Notes: generated by a model from the sequence alone, not told the origin. Positions 10,332 through 20,761 are shown, counted from the first letter of the stretch. The stretch is DNA of 64,000 nucleotides from Candidatus Magasanikiibacteriota bacterium (GCA_021648085.1 JAKITS010000001.1:388948-452947), one strand, 5' to 3'. Numbers and translations are program-made.

Positions 10332-12851
10332 ATGCCAGAAACAAAAAGACAAAGTGAATTTGATACACAAACACCAGAAAATAGTGAATTAGAAAAAGCT
10401 AAAGTTGAATTTTTGGAAAATTTGGAAAAAGGATATCTTCATTTTGCTTTACAAATAAAAAATAGGTCTGACATTCCTGAAGACGAGATTGTTGAAGTTG
10501 TTCAAAATAGGTTTTTAGAAAAATTAAAAGAAAAATATAATAATGAAATTTCAAAAATCAAAGAAATATTTAATCTTTCTAAAGAATTTTTGGAAAGTTT
10601 TGAGGTTGTTGAAGCCGCCAAAATTGGGTTTTTAAAAACATTAGAAATAGGTGATTTGTATAATATTTCAAAAATAGAAAATGAATATAACATTCCTAAA
10701 GAATTTTTGGAAAGTTTTGAGGTTGTTGAAGCCGCCAAAATTGGGCTTTCAAAAACATTAAAAACAGGTATTTTATACGATGCTTTAGAAATAAAAGATA
10801 AATTTGATATTCCTGAAGATGAGATTAATGAAGTTGTAAAAATTGAATTTTTGAGAATGATGAAAGAAGGAAAAATTGATGATGTAATAAATATAAGAGA
10901 TAGATTTAATATTCCTGAAAATGAGATTATTGAAGTTGCTAAAAATGGATTTTTTGAAAATTTAAAAAATGGACAGATTAATAATACTCTAAAAATAAAG
11001 TGTGTATTTAAACTTTCTGAAGAATTTTTTGAGAGTGCTGAAGCTCTTGAAGCTGCTAAAAATGGATTTTTGGAAATGTTAAAAGAAGGATGGGTCGATG
11101 AAGCTTTACGTATTAAAAAAATATTTAAACTTTCTGAAGAATTTTTAAAAAGTACTGAAGTTCTTGAAGTTGTTAAAAATGAATTTTTGGAAAATTTAGA
11201 AGTAGGATTAATTATTAGTGCTTTGGAAATAAAAGATAAATTCAATTTACCACCTGAAACAACAAAAGTATTTAATAAAGCATATAATACTTTTGGAGAT
11301 AATTTAACATACAATATATATTTAGAATGTGAACTAATTTTAAATGGTGAAATTAGTGATGAATTAAAAGAATTTGGTGTAAGTGTGAGTGGTGAAGCTG
11401 GAATAAATCAATTGAATGTGAAAATAAGAGAATACGGTCATAATATTATCCACGAACAAGAATTTGATTGGGAAAACATGCTTGACTCACAAATTAAAAG
11501 AACTGCTTTTCAAAGTTCAGTGCAATACACTAATTCTGAATGGGGTTCAGATGACGAAGAAGAATTTGAAAAAATAGTTAGAACATATTTAAATGTTAAA
11601 CAAGAAATCCAACCATTGTCATTTGAATATACAAATAGTGATATTTTGAAGATTAAAAAAATAAAACAAGTTGATACAGAAACTTTTGAATATAGTGAAC
11701 AATTTTTGAGTTCATACAATAATTTATTGGAATCTTTGAAAAAAGGAATAGAATATGCAAAGAAGAAAGAATATGGTATTAGAGAAATTATTGGCAAATT
11801 GGAAGAAGGTTTAGTTAGTTTGGTAAGTTCTCTGGAAGAAAAGAAAGGAGAATATAAAAAACAAATTCAAGAAACTAAGGATGAAAAAGAAAGAGAAAAA
11901 ATTGAAAGAGCTTTAAAAAATCTAGAAAGAAAAATAAGAGAAATTTCTGATATAAATTTAAAAAGTATTCAAAATCCTATTGAACTTTTTGAAAACTTAC
12001 GTTCTTTTAAAGATAAAAGGACTAATGAATTATTAAAAGATTTAATGATTTATATAGGAGTTTACAAAAATGAAAATATACAGAATAAAAAATTATCAGA
12101 ATTGGATACAAATAAACCAACTACTCAAGATATTAGCTGGGTAATGAACACAATCCAACATATCGTACTTCAAGAAACGGTGGAACCATACTTTACCAAA
12201 GAACATTTTGATCCAGATGAAAAGTTAAAACCAAAACAGAGAAAAAAGAAAGAAAAAGAATTACAAAAAAAGATAAGAAAATTACTTAACACCTCTACTT
12301 TAAACGAAGAGATGAAGAAGATGAAAGGTGATGCATCAAAAGATACTGTTAATATGAAATTTATTCCACAAAGGAATTTACTTACAGAATTTTCTGGTCA
12401 TTTTTCCGATTCTTGCTGGGCTTCAATATACGATAGTATTCTCAAAAAATTTCCAAATTTTATCTCTGTGGCAATGGTGCACAATCCAGACCACCCAAAA
12501 TATGAAAAAATTGCTGGTGGATGTTTTCTAATTGAAGCAAAAGCTAAAAATGGAGATGATTTGTTAATTATTCGCGGACTTAACCCACAAGAAAATCTAA
12601 TAAATCAACTTTCGCCAGAAGATTTTTATAAAAATTTTACTGAATATTTCAAAGAAATAGCAGAAAAACAAGGTAGAAAACTAGCAATTGTAATAGACGA
12701 TCATTCTGGCGGTTCTGGGACGAATAGACCAGTATTATTTAGTTTTTTGAATAAATTGAGAAGTAGTTTAAAAAAGGTAAAATTGGCTTCGGATGAAGAA
12801 ACTGAATTTAACGGGTATAATATTGTGAATGATTGTTATTTGGTGGAATAA
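10332..12851 (+). CDS. Hypothetical protein with N-terminal helical tandem repeats
   Basis: 839-aa ORF; about 33-39 aa repeats with 117-bp DNA period; C-terminal globular region (DSCW, IIRGLNP). Confidence 0.8.
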   Translation: MPETKRQSEFDTQTPENSELEKAKVEFLENLEKGYLHFALQIKNRSDIPEDEIVEVVQNRFLEKLKEKYNNEISKIKEIFNLSKEFLESFEVVEAAKIGFLKTLEIGDLYNISKIENEYNIPKEFLESFEVVEAAKIGLSKTLKTGILYDALEIKDKFDIPEDEINEVVKIEFLRMMKEGKIDDVINIRDRFNIPENEIIEVAKNGFFENLKNGQINNTLKIKCVFKLSEEFFESAEALEAAKNGFLEMLKEGWVDEALRIKKIFKLSEEFLKSTEVLEVVKNEFLENLEVGLIISALEIKDKFNLPPETTKVFNKAYNTFGDNLTYNIYLECELILNGEISDELKEFGVSVSGEAGINQLNVKIREYGHNIIHEQEFDWENMLDSQIKRTAFQSSVQYTNSEWGSDDEEEFEKIVRTYLNVKQEIQPLSFEYTNSDILKIKKIKQVDTETFEYSEQFLSSYNNLLESLKKGIEYAKKKEYGIREIIGKLEEGLVSLVSSLEEKKGEYKKQIQETKDEKEREKIERALKNLERKIREISDINLKSIQNPIELFENLRSFKDKRTNELLKDLMIYIGVYKNENIQNKKLSELDTNKPTTQDISWVMNTIQHIVLQETVEPYFTKEHFDPDEKLKPKQRKKKEKELQKKIRKLLNTSTLNEEMKKMKGDASKDTVNMKFIPQRNLLTEFSGHFSDSCWASIYDSILKKFPNFISVAMVHNPDHPKYEKIAGGCFLIEAKAKNGDDLLIIRGLNPQENLINQLSPEDFYKNFTEYFKEIAEKQGRKLAIVIDDHSGGSGTNRPVLFSFLNKLRSSLKKVKLASDEETEFNGYNIVNDCYLVE

Positions 12852-12876
12852 TAAGTTATCCACAATAAAATAATTT

Positions 12877-12917
12877 AAAAAAGAAAAGCAGTCCGTGGAT
12901 TGCTTTTCTTTTTTTTG
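12877..12917 (+). terminator. Intrinsic terminator
   Basis: aaaaaagaaaagcagtcc-gt-ggattgcttttctttttttt. Confidence 0.75.
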
Positions 12918-12959
12918 GTATAATATACATATCAACTTATTTAAAGTTAATTTTTGGCA

Positions 12960-13442
12960 ATGCCTGATACACAAAACTTTTTAGAAAAAACAAAAACACC
13001 AAAAATAGACGCTCCACACGTAGAGCGTGAAGTTGTAATTCCAAAAACAGAACAAGAACAATCAACTAAAGAAATACAACCAGTAGAAACTCAACTACAA
13101 ATAAAATCAACTGTACAAAAAGAGCAACCAAAAAAAGCTAGACCAACAATACCACAGACAAAAGATGAAATGACGCAGAAGATAGAAAAGATAATGGAAG
13201 AGGATTTAAAAGATGCTTTTTTAGAATTAACACCAGTGCAAAAACAAGAATTTAAAATAAAAGGCGAGGAAGTTTTGGGAAAAATAAGAGTATTAATGAA
13301 CAAAACAAAAGTAAATATCAAAAAAATAATTAAACTACTTTTAAGCTGGCTCAAAATTTTACCAGGAATAAACAAATTCTTTTTGGAGCAAGAAGCCAAA
13401 ATAAAAGCAGACAAAATATTAGCTTTAAAACATTTTGCCTAA
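12960..13442 (+). CDS. Conserved hypothetical protein upstream of the VirD4-like ATPase
   Basis: Acidic linker then helical domain ending LPGINKFFLEQEAKIKADKI; closely spaced with the next gene. Confidence 0.75.
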   Translation: MPDTQNFLEKTKTPKIDAPHVEREVVIPKTEQEQSTKEIQPVETQLQIKSTVQKEQPKKARPTIPQTKDEMTQKIEKIMEEDLKDAFLELTPVQKQEFKIKGEEVLGKIRVLMNKTKVNIKKIIKLLLSWLKILPGINKFFLEQEAKIKADKILALKHFA

Positions 13443-13446
13443 ATTT

Positions 13447-15999
13447 ATGTTTTTATTTCAACTTACAGCACTTCCAAATTTAAGTGACAGCGTGACAGTT
13501 GGTGGACTTGGAAACTACAATGTACTTTTTCTTTTAATTGGAGTTTTAGTTTTAATATCTGGAACTGTAGGTTTAATATTTATTTTGAAAGCAATACTCC
13601 ATTCTACAACCCGCTCTGAGCAAGGTGCCAATATGGTAGTTTTGCAAATTCTAGTTCCAAAAGAAAAATCATCTGAAACTGGCACAGGCACAGAAGATAG
13701 ATTGGAACAAATAAAAGAAGAAATAGGTGTGACAGAAACATTATTTTCTGCAATTGCTGGCACAAAAAATAAACGAAGTGCTTTTACCTGGTTTACAGGC
13801 TTAAAACAAACTTTATCTTTTGAAATAGTTGTACACGAAAGTTTAATATCTTTTTATGTTGTTGCACCAAAGAAAAAGAAAGATTTTATAGAACAACAAA
13901 TACACGCTCAATACCCAGACGCACAAATAGACGAAATGGCAGATTACAATATTTTTTCTGAAAAAAGCACAATTGTTGGAGCTTATATGAAAACAAAAGA
14001 GCCAAACTCATTTCCAATAAAAACTTACAAAAATATGGATTCTGATCCGCTGTCAGCTCCATTAAATACACTTGCAAAAATACAAGATTCCAATAGTTCC
14101 GCTGCTATCCAATTTATCATTCACCCATCTCATAATGCTTGGCGAAAAGCTGGGCGCGACCTCGTGCGTGATGTTAAAAAAGGTAAAAAAATAGAAAAAG
14201 TAATTGGGACAAGTTTTTCTTCAAAAATAATAAATCTATTTAAAGAATTTTTTAAACACACTGCCGGAGATAAAGATGCTACAAAATCAGAAAATTATCA
14301 ACTCTCACAAAAAGAAGAAGAGATGATAAGAGGGATAGAAGAAAAAATATCCAAAGGTGGGCTAGAAATAACCACACGAATTTTAAGTATTTCAGACGAT
14401 GAAGAATCTGCAAAACAAAACTTAGACAATTTAATAAACTCTTTTGGACAATACAATATGTACCAATTTGGAGCGAATTTTTCCGCAATAAAACCAAGAA
14501 ATCAATCCAAAATTATTCGCGATTTTATTTACAGATCTTTCCACGACAAGTATCATTTTATATTTAATACTGAAGAGCTATCTTCTGTCTGGCATCCACC
14601 GCTCCACTCTACAGACGCACCAAACATAAAATGGCTTTCTGCTCGCAAAGCTCCACCACCACCAAATATTCCAAAAGAAGGATTATTACTTGGCCATACA
14701 CTATATCGTGGACAAGATGTAAAAATTCGTATGGCAGATTCCGATAGGCGCAGACATCTTTATGTAATTGGTAAGTCTGGAGGAGGTAAATCTGTATTTA
14801 TAAGTGGACTTGCTATTCAAGATATTCAAGCCGGAAAAGGAGTTTGCGTAGTAGATCCGCACGGAGATTTGGTAGAGCATATTTTGGAACACATTCCAAA
14901 AGAACGTGCTGAAGATGTAATTATCTTCAATCCCTCTGATTTAGAATATCCTATTGGGTTGAACATGCTTGACGCTAAAACAGAAGACCAAAAAGACTTT
15001 GCAGTACAAGAAATGATTTCTATTTTCTACAAACTTTTTCCACCAGAAATGATTGGTCCAATGTTTGAGCACAACATGAGAAATGTAATGCTTACTCTAA
15101 TGGCAGACATAGAAAATCCAGGAACTATCATAGACATACCTAGGATGTTTACAGATGACGACTATGTAAAGCAATATTTAGACAAGCTTACAGATCCTGT
15201 TGTGCGTGCTTTCTGGGAAAAAGAAATGGCAAAAACTAGTGATTTTCACAAATCTGAAATGCTTGGATACCTCATCTCCAAAGTTGGTCGTTTTGTAGAA
15301 AATACAATGATGAGAAATATAATGGGACAGCAAAAATCTGGATTAGACTTTAGAGAAATAATGGATAAAAAGAAAATTTTACTTGTAAACTTAGCAAAAG
15401 GGAAAACAGGAGAAATAAATGCAAAACTACTTGGATTGATAATAGTTGCAAAACTTCAAATGGCAGCTTTTGGAAGAGCAGATCTACCAGAAGAAGAACG
15501 ACACGATTTCTATCTTTATATCGATGAGTTCCAAAACTTTATTACAGATTCTATTGCTACAATTTTATCTGAAGCTAGAAAGTATAGATTAAATCTTATA
15601 ATTGCCCACCAATATATGGGTCAACTTATAGATGATAAAGGTAGTACAGCAATTCGCGATGCGGTACTGGGAAATGCAGGTTCTATTTGCTCGTTTAGAA
15701 TTGGACCAGACGATGCCGAAACTCTGGCAAAAGAATTTGCACCTGTTTTTGGAGCTTATGACCTTATAAATGTAGAGCAATTCACAACTTACATTAAACT
15801 TTTAATTGACAATGCTGCTACAAAGCCGTTTAATATGAAGACATATCCACCAGTTTCTGGAAACAAAAAATTGGCAGTAGCAATAAAAGAATTAGCAAGA
15901 TTGAAATATGGTAGAAATAGAGAGTTTGTAGAATATGAACTTATGGATAGAACAAAAATTGGAGAAGTTCCTGTGCAGGCAAAGAAACAGGATACATAA
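13447..15999 (+). CDS. Membrane-anchored TraG/VirD4-like (HerA/FtsK superfamily) ATPase
   Basis: N-terminal TM, RRHLYVIGKSGGGKS Walker A, DPHGDL, LYIDEFQNF Walker B, SEARKY. Confidence 0.88.
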   Translation: MFLFQLTALPNLSDSVTVGGLGNYNVLFLLIGVLVLISGTVGLIFILKAILHSTTRSEQGANMVVLQILVPKEKSSETGTGTEDRLEQIKEEIGVTETLFSAIAGTKNKRSAFTWFTGLKQTLSFEIVVHESLISFYVVAPKKKKDFIEQQIHAQYPDAQIDEMADYNIFSEKSTIVGAYMKTKEPNSFPIKTYKNMDSDPLSAPLNTLAKIQDSNSSAAIQFIIHPSHNAWRKAGRDLVRDVKKGKKIEKVIGTSFSSKIINLFKEFFKHTAGDKDATKSENYQLSQKEEEMIRGIEEKISKGGLEITTRILSISDDEESAKQNLDNLINSFGQYNMYQFGANFSAIKPRNQSKIIRDFIYRSFHDKYHFIFNTEELSSVWHPPLHSTDAPNIKWLSARKAPPPPNIPKEGLLLGHTLYRGQDVKIRMADSDRRRHLYVIGKSGGGKSVFISGLAIQDIQAGKGVCVVDPHGDLVEHILEHIPKERAEDVIIFNPSDLEYPIGLNMLDAKTEDQKDFAVQEMISIFYKLFPPEMIGPMFEHNMRNVMLTLMADIENPGTIIDIPRMFTDDDYVKQYLDKLTDPVVRAFWEKEMAKTSDFHKSEMLGYLISKVGRFVENTMMRNIMGQQKSGLDFREIMDKKKILLVNLAKGKTGEINAKLLGLIIVAKLQMAAFGRADLPEEERHDFYLYIDEFQNFITDSIATILSEARKYRLNLIIAHQYMGQLIDDKGSTAIRDAVLGNAGSICSFRIGPDDAETLAKEFAPVFGAYDLINVEQFTTYIKLLIDNAATKPFNMKTYPPVSGNKKLAVAIKELARLKYGRNREFVEYELMDRTKIGEVPVQAKKQDT

Positions 16000-16034
16000 T
16001 AATAATACATAATAATAATACATAATAATAATAC
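15992..16034. repeat. 13-bp tandem repeat x3 overlapping the stop codon
   Basis: atacataataata three times plus atac. Confidence 0.9.
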
Positions 16035-16053
16035 AAGAAACAAAAACTATATA

Positions 16054-16184
16054 TGTCATCCTGAGCGGAACGAAGTGGAGTCGAATGGATCTCGATTTAA
16101 TATCATTAAAACACAAAATATTCGAAGTTCTAATGATACTTTCCCGAGATATTTCAACTTCGTTTCACCTCGCTCAATATGACG
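16054..16184. repeat. REP-like doublet (family A)
   Basis: tgtcatcctgagc...gtcgaatggatctcg / cgagatatttcaac...gctcaatatgacg. Confidence 0.9.
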
Positions 16185-16229
16185 TAAAAAAATAGGCTCA
16201 TCCCTAAAATAAAAATAAATACAAAAAGT

Positions 16230-17144
16230 ATGGACGACCAAAATAATAATTCAAGTTCTTTTTTAATGCCTTTTTCTCCGATTCAGGAAGAAGAAAGTAA
16301 TGACGAAGTAATAGAAAAAATAGGGGACAAACTAATATTAGAAGAAACTACAAACCCAAATAATTTTAGTGCAGTAGAGCCAGACCACAGCACAGAAGAA
16401 AAAACAACAAGAGAACCTAAAGAAGAAAATTGGAACTCTCTTGATGGTTTGTATATTGCAAAATCTAATATTAAACAAACTTCAGAAACAAAAGCAGATA
16501 CATTAAATTACGAACCAAAACTTGTTGATGAAATTTTAGAAAAAGAAAAAGATGATAAAGAAGTTGAACAAATAGCAGACAAATCAGAAACACCAGAACC
16601 AGAAGAACCCCCTACTCCAACAGAAGAAAAACCTTTGGACAAAGAAAAAATAAAATCTACAATTCTTTTGATGCAAAGTAAATTAAATGAGATTTTAAAT
16701 TTATTGGACGGCACTCCAACAAAAGATGAAACAATATCAACAGGAAATTCATATACCGAAAATGGGCACCGAGTAGTAGAAGGACTGTTCAATGGAACAG
16801 CTATGGTTGGTCCAGACGGCCACGAATATTCTATTCCAGCAAATTACGCTAGCAAATCTCGCTTAGTGGATGGAGACTCACTTAAATTAAGTATAAAAGA
16901 AAATGGTTCGTTTGTTTACAAACAAATTAAACCAACAGAGAGAAAACGAATAACAGGAACACTTGTTCACGACGAAGAAAATGATCAATGGATTGCAATG
17001 CACGATGGAAAATCTATAAAAGTTCTAAATGCGTCCATTTCATTTTATAAAGGTAAATCTGGAGATGATGTTGTACTTCTTGTTCCAAAAGAAAAAGAAA
17101 GTGAATGGGGTGCAGTAGAAAATATTATAAAAAAATCTCTCTAA
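16230..17144 (+). CDS. Conserved hypothetical protein, acidic disordered N-terminus and beta-rich C-terminal domain
   Basis: VEGLFNG...GPDGHEYSIPANYASKSRLVDGD motif recalled from CPR proteins. Confidence 0.75.
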   Translation: MDDQNNNSSSFLMPFSPIQEEESNDEVIEKIGDKLILEETTNPNNFSAVEPDHSTEEKTTREPKEENWNSLDGLYIAKSNIKQTSETKADTLNYEPKLVDEILEKEKDDKEVEQIADKSETPEPEEPPTPTEEKPLDKEKIKSTILLMQSKLNEILNLLDGTPTKDETISTGNSYTENGHRVVEGLFNGTAMVGPDGHEYSIPANYASKSRLVDGDSLKLSIKENGSFVYKQIKPTERKRITGTLVHDEENDQWIAMHDGKSIKVLNASISFYKGKSGDDVVLLVPKEKESEWGAVENIIKKSL

Positions 17145-17208
17145 CTATAAATAAAAAATCACGGCTACAAAGTCGTGGTTTTTTAATGAAATTTTCTGCT
17201 CTTCTCCT

Positions 17209-17246
17209 GTCCTAAACCCACCGAACGTTTGAAATTTTTGGACTAA
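17209..17246. repeat. Short repeat family C; other copy at 60690-60747, degenerate copy near 3027-3054
   Basis: gtcctaaacccaccgaacgtttgaaatttttggactaa. Confidence 0.6.
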
Positions 17247-17451
17247 AGGCATGTATGCAAACTTATGGTTTTCTGAGTATACAGAGAATAATTGAAGTAG
17301 CGAATGCGGTCAATTAAATAAGTTTTAAAAATAAATTAAGCCTAAAATTATCAACCGTTTAATACTTTTGGTTACCTTTTGGTGACAAAAAATAAAGTTA
17401 GAATAATTTTATGTTATTGTTAAAAGAGAATGTTTAGATGAAATAAAGACA

Positions 17452-17479
17452 AGATCCTTCGACTTCGCTCAGGATGACG
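17452..17479. repeat. Single family A arm
   Basis: agatccttcgacttcgctcaggatgacg. Confidence 0.85.
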
Positions 17480-17534
17480 TGAATTAAAAAACTCGCTATG
17501 CAACTTAGCGAGTTTTTTATTTTTTCTAAATCTC

Positions 17535-17792
17535 TTATGAAATATGCTTTGAGATCAACTTTGTCATTTCGAACATAGTCACCTCTGCTTTTCCATCAAA
17601 AAGTACTTTTAACTTATCATCTGCAAGAATATTTCTTCTATTCTCTGGGTTCTGTAGATCATCTTTCTTGATGTATTCCCAGATTTTCTTTACCACTTGA
17701 GAACGTGGCATAGGTCCTTTTCCAACAACCGCTTCAAGGTCGCTTGAAAGGTTCATAGGCTTCATTAGAGCCGAATTTGCTTTTCTTGGCAT
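17535..17792 (-). CDS. SWIB/MDM2 domain protein
   Basis: LEAVVG...PRSQVVKKIWEYIKKDDLQNPENRRNILADDKLK. Confidence 0.92.
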   Translation of the reverse strand: MPRKANSALMKPMNLSSDLEAVVGKGPMPRSQVVKKIWEYIKKDDLQNPENRRNILADDKLKVLFDGKAEVTMFEMTKLISKHIS

Positions 17793-18056
17793 ATGTATTA
17801 CCAGTTAATTAATAACACAGATAGCATATCACACCCAGTATAGAATGCAAAGGATATTGTCAAGAGAGGACACTCCTTGGCCTGTGGATAGATTTTAATA
17901 TTAAAAAAATAACCCTTTACCAAAACAAGCTAACCATATATAATACTCTTACTTTAAAAAACAATTTCTTTCTTTTTGTTCCACCATTTTCATCAAGCGA
18001 AGCAATAGATCAAATGAAACCATAAAACAAACGAAACGATTCATCATTTATAAAAT

Positions 18057-19676
18057 ATGTCATTATATAGAAAACATAGACCACAAAGCTTTGAACAAGT
18101 TGCAGGACAGATTCATATTATACAAACAATAAAAAATCAACTTTCAAAAAATAAAACTGCACACGCTTATCTTTTTTCAGGTCCACGCGGAATAGGAAAA
18201 ACAACGACAGCCAGACTAATCGCAAAATCTCTAAATTGTACAGAAAGAAAAGAAAAAGAATTTGAACCTTGCAATTCTTGCTCTTCTTGCACTTCTATTG
18301 TAGATGGTCGCTCTATAGATGTAATAGAAATTGATGCTGCCAGCAATACCGGAGTGGATACTGTACGAGAAAATATTATAGAAAACGCACAGTTCAAACC
18401 TACAAACTCTTTGTTTAAGGTGTTTATTATCGATGAGGTACACATGCTTTCAACTAGTGCCTTCAACGCTCTATTAAAGACGCTTGAAGAGCCTCCAGAG
18501 TACATTGTATTTATATTGGCAACTACAGAATTGCACAAACTTCCAGATACCATAGTTTCACGCTGTCAAAGATTTCAATTTAAAAAAATAGACGCAGAAG
18601 CAATAAAAACTCACTTACTGAAAATTGCAAAAAAAGAAAAACTTACAGTAGAAGACGATGTATTAAATAGAATAATTCAGAAAAGTGAAGGTCATTTGCG
18701 AGATGCAATTTCACTTTTAGATCAGCTCACTTCTTCTGGAGAAAAGAAAATTACAAAAGAAATGGCAGATATGTTTTTGCCATCTTCAAACATTGAAAGC
18801 ATTCTAGAATTTACAGAAAATTTGTTTCAAAAAAATACAAGTATTTGTTTACAAAAACTAAATGAAATTGTGGAAACAGGATCAAATCCAAAACAAATTA
18901 CTTTAAATTTATTAGATCTACTCCGCAATATATTGATTTTAAAATCAAATCCAGAACTTGGAATTATAGAAATTAATTTAGATAAAAAATCACAAGAAAA
19001 AATAAATAATCTACAAAATCAAATCGCAAATATTGAATTGGTAAATTTGATAGATTTATTATTAAAAAGAAAAATAGAAATTCCAAACTCCCCTATTCCA
19101 CAACTTCCACTTGAACTTTTTGTGATCGAATTTACTTGTGATAAAAATGAAAAAATAGAAGTAATTCAGAAAAAAACAGAGCCAAAAGTCGAAACTCCGA
19201 TAGCTCCAAAACCAGAAACAACTCCAAATATAATTGTAGAAGAAATAAAAATAGAAAAACCAGTAGAAGTTAAAATTGAAGAAACTCCTCCGGAAGTTGT
19301 AGAAGAATTATCACCAGAACCAGAAGAAAAAAAAGAAACACAAACTTCAGAATTAAACTTGGAAACAGTAAAGCAAAAATGGCCTGTTTTTGTAGCAAAA
19401 GTAGAAGAAAATCACCCATCTCTTGTTTTTATACTAAAGTCTACAACGCTTTTGGATATAGATGGTAATACAATAAATATTTCTGTGCCGTTTAGTTTTC
19501 ACAAAGACAAACTTACGGATAAAGTAAATGGTCCAAAACTTTTAGCGATATTGACTGAAGTTTTGGACTCAAAAATATATTTAGATGTCGTTGTAAATGA
19601 CTCGCCACAAGAAAAACCAAAAGAAAAAAAAGAAATGGAAGATTTGGCAAATTTGATGGGTGGTGAAGTAGTTTAA
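18057..19676 (+). CDS. dnaX: DNA polymerase III subunit gamma/tau
   Basis: LYRKHRP, GPRGIGKTT, CxxC cluster, IDEVHML, NALLKTLEEPP, SRC. Confidence 0.98.
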   Translation: MSLYRKHRPQSFEQVAGQIHIIQTIKNQLSKNKTAHAYLFSGPRGIGKTTTARLIAKSLNCTERKEKEFEPCNSCSSCTSIVDGRSIDVIEIDAASNTGVDTVRENIIENAQFKPTNSLFKVFIIDEVHMLSTSAFNALLKTLEEPPEYIVFILATTELHKLPDTIVSRCQRFQFKKIDAEAIKTHLLKIAKKEKLTVEDDVLNRIIQKSEGHLRDAISLLDQLTSSGEKKITKEMADMFLPSSNIESILEFTENLFQKNTSICLQKLNEIVETGSNPKQITLNLLDLLRNILILKSNPELGIIEINLDKKSQEKINNLQNQIANIELVNLIDLLLKRKIEIPNSPIPQLPLELFVIEFTCDKNEKIEVIQKKTEPKVETPIAPKPETTPNIIVEEIKIEKPVEVKIEETPPEVVEELSPEPEEKKETQTSELNLETVKQKWPVFVAKVEENHPSLVFILKSTTLLDIDGNTINISVPFSFHKDKLTDKVNGPKLLAILTEVLDSKIYLDVVVNDSPQEKPKEKKEMEDLANLMGGEVV

Positions 19677-19718
19677 AAACAGCAAACTATGCAGATTAAG
19701 TAAAGAAGGGAAATACAT

Positions 19719-19859
19719 ATCATATTGAGCGAAATGAAGTGAAGTCGAAATATCTCGAAAGAATATCATTGAAACTATAAATATTTTATGTTATGATGAC
19801 TCTGTTTCGAGATCCGTTCGACTTCATTCCGCTTTGCTTCATTCCGCTCAGGATGACGT
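19719..19859. repeat. REP-like doublet (family A)
   Basis: atcatattgagc...gtcgaaatatctc / gagatccgttcgac...gctcaggatgacg. Confidence 0.88.
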
Positions 19860-20075
19860 GTTGAGAAAATAATTCCATTTTAATATATTTCGGTTTCGTT
19901 TAGGATGACATGAATTTATTTTTGTTAATTACTAATTATTCTTTATTAATTTATTATAATTAGAACAAGAAAAGCGAATAGAACATTTTGAACAATTACA
20001 ACATTTTCAACTTGACTTTTATGCTTTTTTAGATTAAAATGGATTATAAATAGGTTTAAATTAAACCTATTTCAT

Positions 20076-20146
20076 TCGGAGGTCGTCTAATGGTAGGACG
20101 CTAGGTTCTGGTCCTGGATATCGGGGTTCAAATCCCTGCCTCCGAA
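20076..20146 (+). tRNA. tRNA-Gln (anticodon CTG), no encoded CCA
   Basis: Acceptor TCGGAGG/CCTCCGA, D arm, anticodon loop TTCTGGT, GGTTCAAATCC T arm; U1-A72 pair fits a GatCAB substrate. Confidence 0.95.
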
Positions 20147-20179
20147 CAAAAAACAAACCTTTTTAAACTTATTTATAAA

Positions 20180-20425
20180 TTAAATATTTTTATAAGTTTT
20201 ATCACTTCTTCTTTCTATGGTTAACAAACAAACTTCTCCATTTTTAATTATATAAATTATTCTTATTTTGCCTTTTCTAATTCTATAAATATCATCCCTT
20301 CCTTTTAATTTTTTTGCGTCTAAACCAGTAAATTTTCTTGTCTTAATTTTTAGTAATATTATTTTTATTTTTTGTTTTTCTGAATTAGAAAATTTATTTA
20401 GAGCTTTTTGAATTTTATCTACCAT
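20180..20425 (-). CDS. RelE/ParE-family toxin
   Basis: Basic 81 aa, KKLKG...IYRIRKGKIRIIY...RR..TY. Confidence 0.85.
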   Translation of the reverse strand: MVDKIQKALNKFSNSEKQKIKIILLKIKTRKFTGLDAKKLKGRDDIYRIRKGKIRIIYIIKNGEVCLLTIERRSDKTYKNI

Positions 20426-20427
20426 AT

Positions 20428-20649
20428 TTATAATCTAGACAAAACATCCTCTATTTTTACTCCACCTTTTTTTATTTTGGTAAAATCAACAACTTCCTCC
20501 CAATTTTCACTAGACTCAATTGGCACAATATTAAAAACAGGTTTAGACCTTTTTACCACAGTAAAACTTTCACCTTTATTAATTTTATTTATATAAATTT
20601 CCAAGTTTTCACGAAGCTCTTTTACTCCTATTATTTTAGTTTTTTGCAT
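20428..20649 (-). CDS. Phd/YefM-family antitoxin
   Basis: IGVKELRENL...GESFTVVKRSKPV; 2 nt upstream of the toxin. Confidence 0.85.
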   Translation of the reverse strand: MQKTKIIGVKELRENLEIYINKINKGESFTVVKRSKPVFNIVPIESSENWEEVVDFTKIKKGGVKIEDVLSRL

Positions 20650-20658
20650 ATTTAAAGT

Positions 20659-20690
20659 TTATCTTTAGCTTATCTTTAGTTTATCTTAAT
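20659..20690. promoter_or_regulatory. Three 11-bp direct repeats over the TA promoter region (putative operator)
   Basis: ttatctttagc ttatctttagt ttatcttaat directly upstream of the antitoxin ATG. Confidence 0.5.
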
Positions 20691-20761
20691 ATTTATTATA
20701 CGTCAATTTTGAGTCTAGCCTTGAAAATATCATACTTTTTTAGTATGATATTAAATACTAA

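Noticed and set aside
10502-11314. Long antisense ORF, and other short ORFs overlapping real genes
   Set aside because: Shadow frames caused by codon bias and repeats; no recognisable motifs
12856-12864. Perfect DnaA box TTATCCACA (also TTATTCACA at 24561) as oriC
   Set aside because: Isolated boxes, no cluster, and no dnaA/dnaN nearby
16230-17144. Ribosomal protein L7/L12 label, which I recall being attached to this family
   Set aside because: The sequence has no L7/L12 motifs and the wrong length
17260-17400. Possible further repeat family or ncRNA (ttttggttaccttttggtgacaaaaa hairpin)
   Set aside because: Single, degenerate copy in the window; not supportable without more sequence
17793-18056. 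SRP RNA or tRNA upstream of dnaX
   Set aside because: No SRP domain IV motif or cloverleaf could be identified
19100-19400. Programmed dnaX frameshift producing gamma
   Set aside because: A runs exist but are ubiquitous here, and I see no stimulatory SD or hairpin
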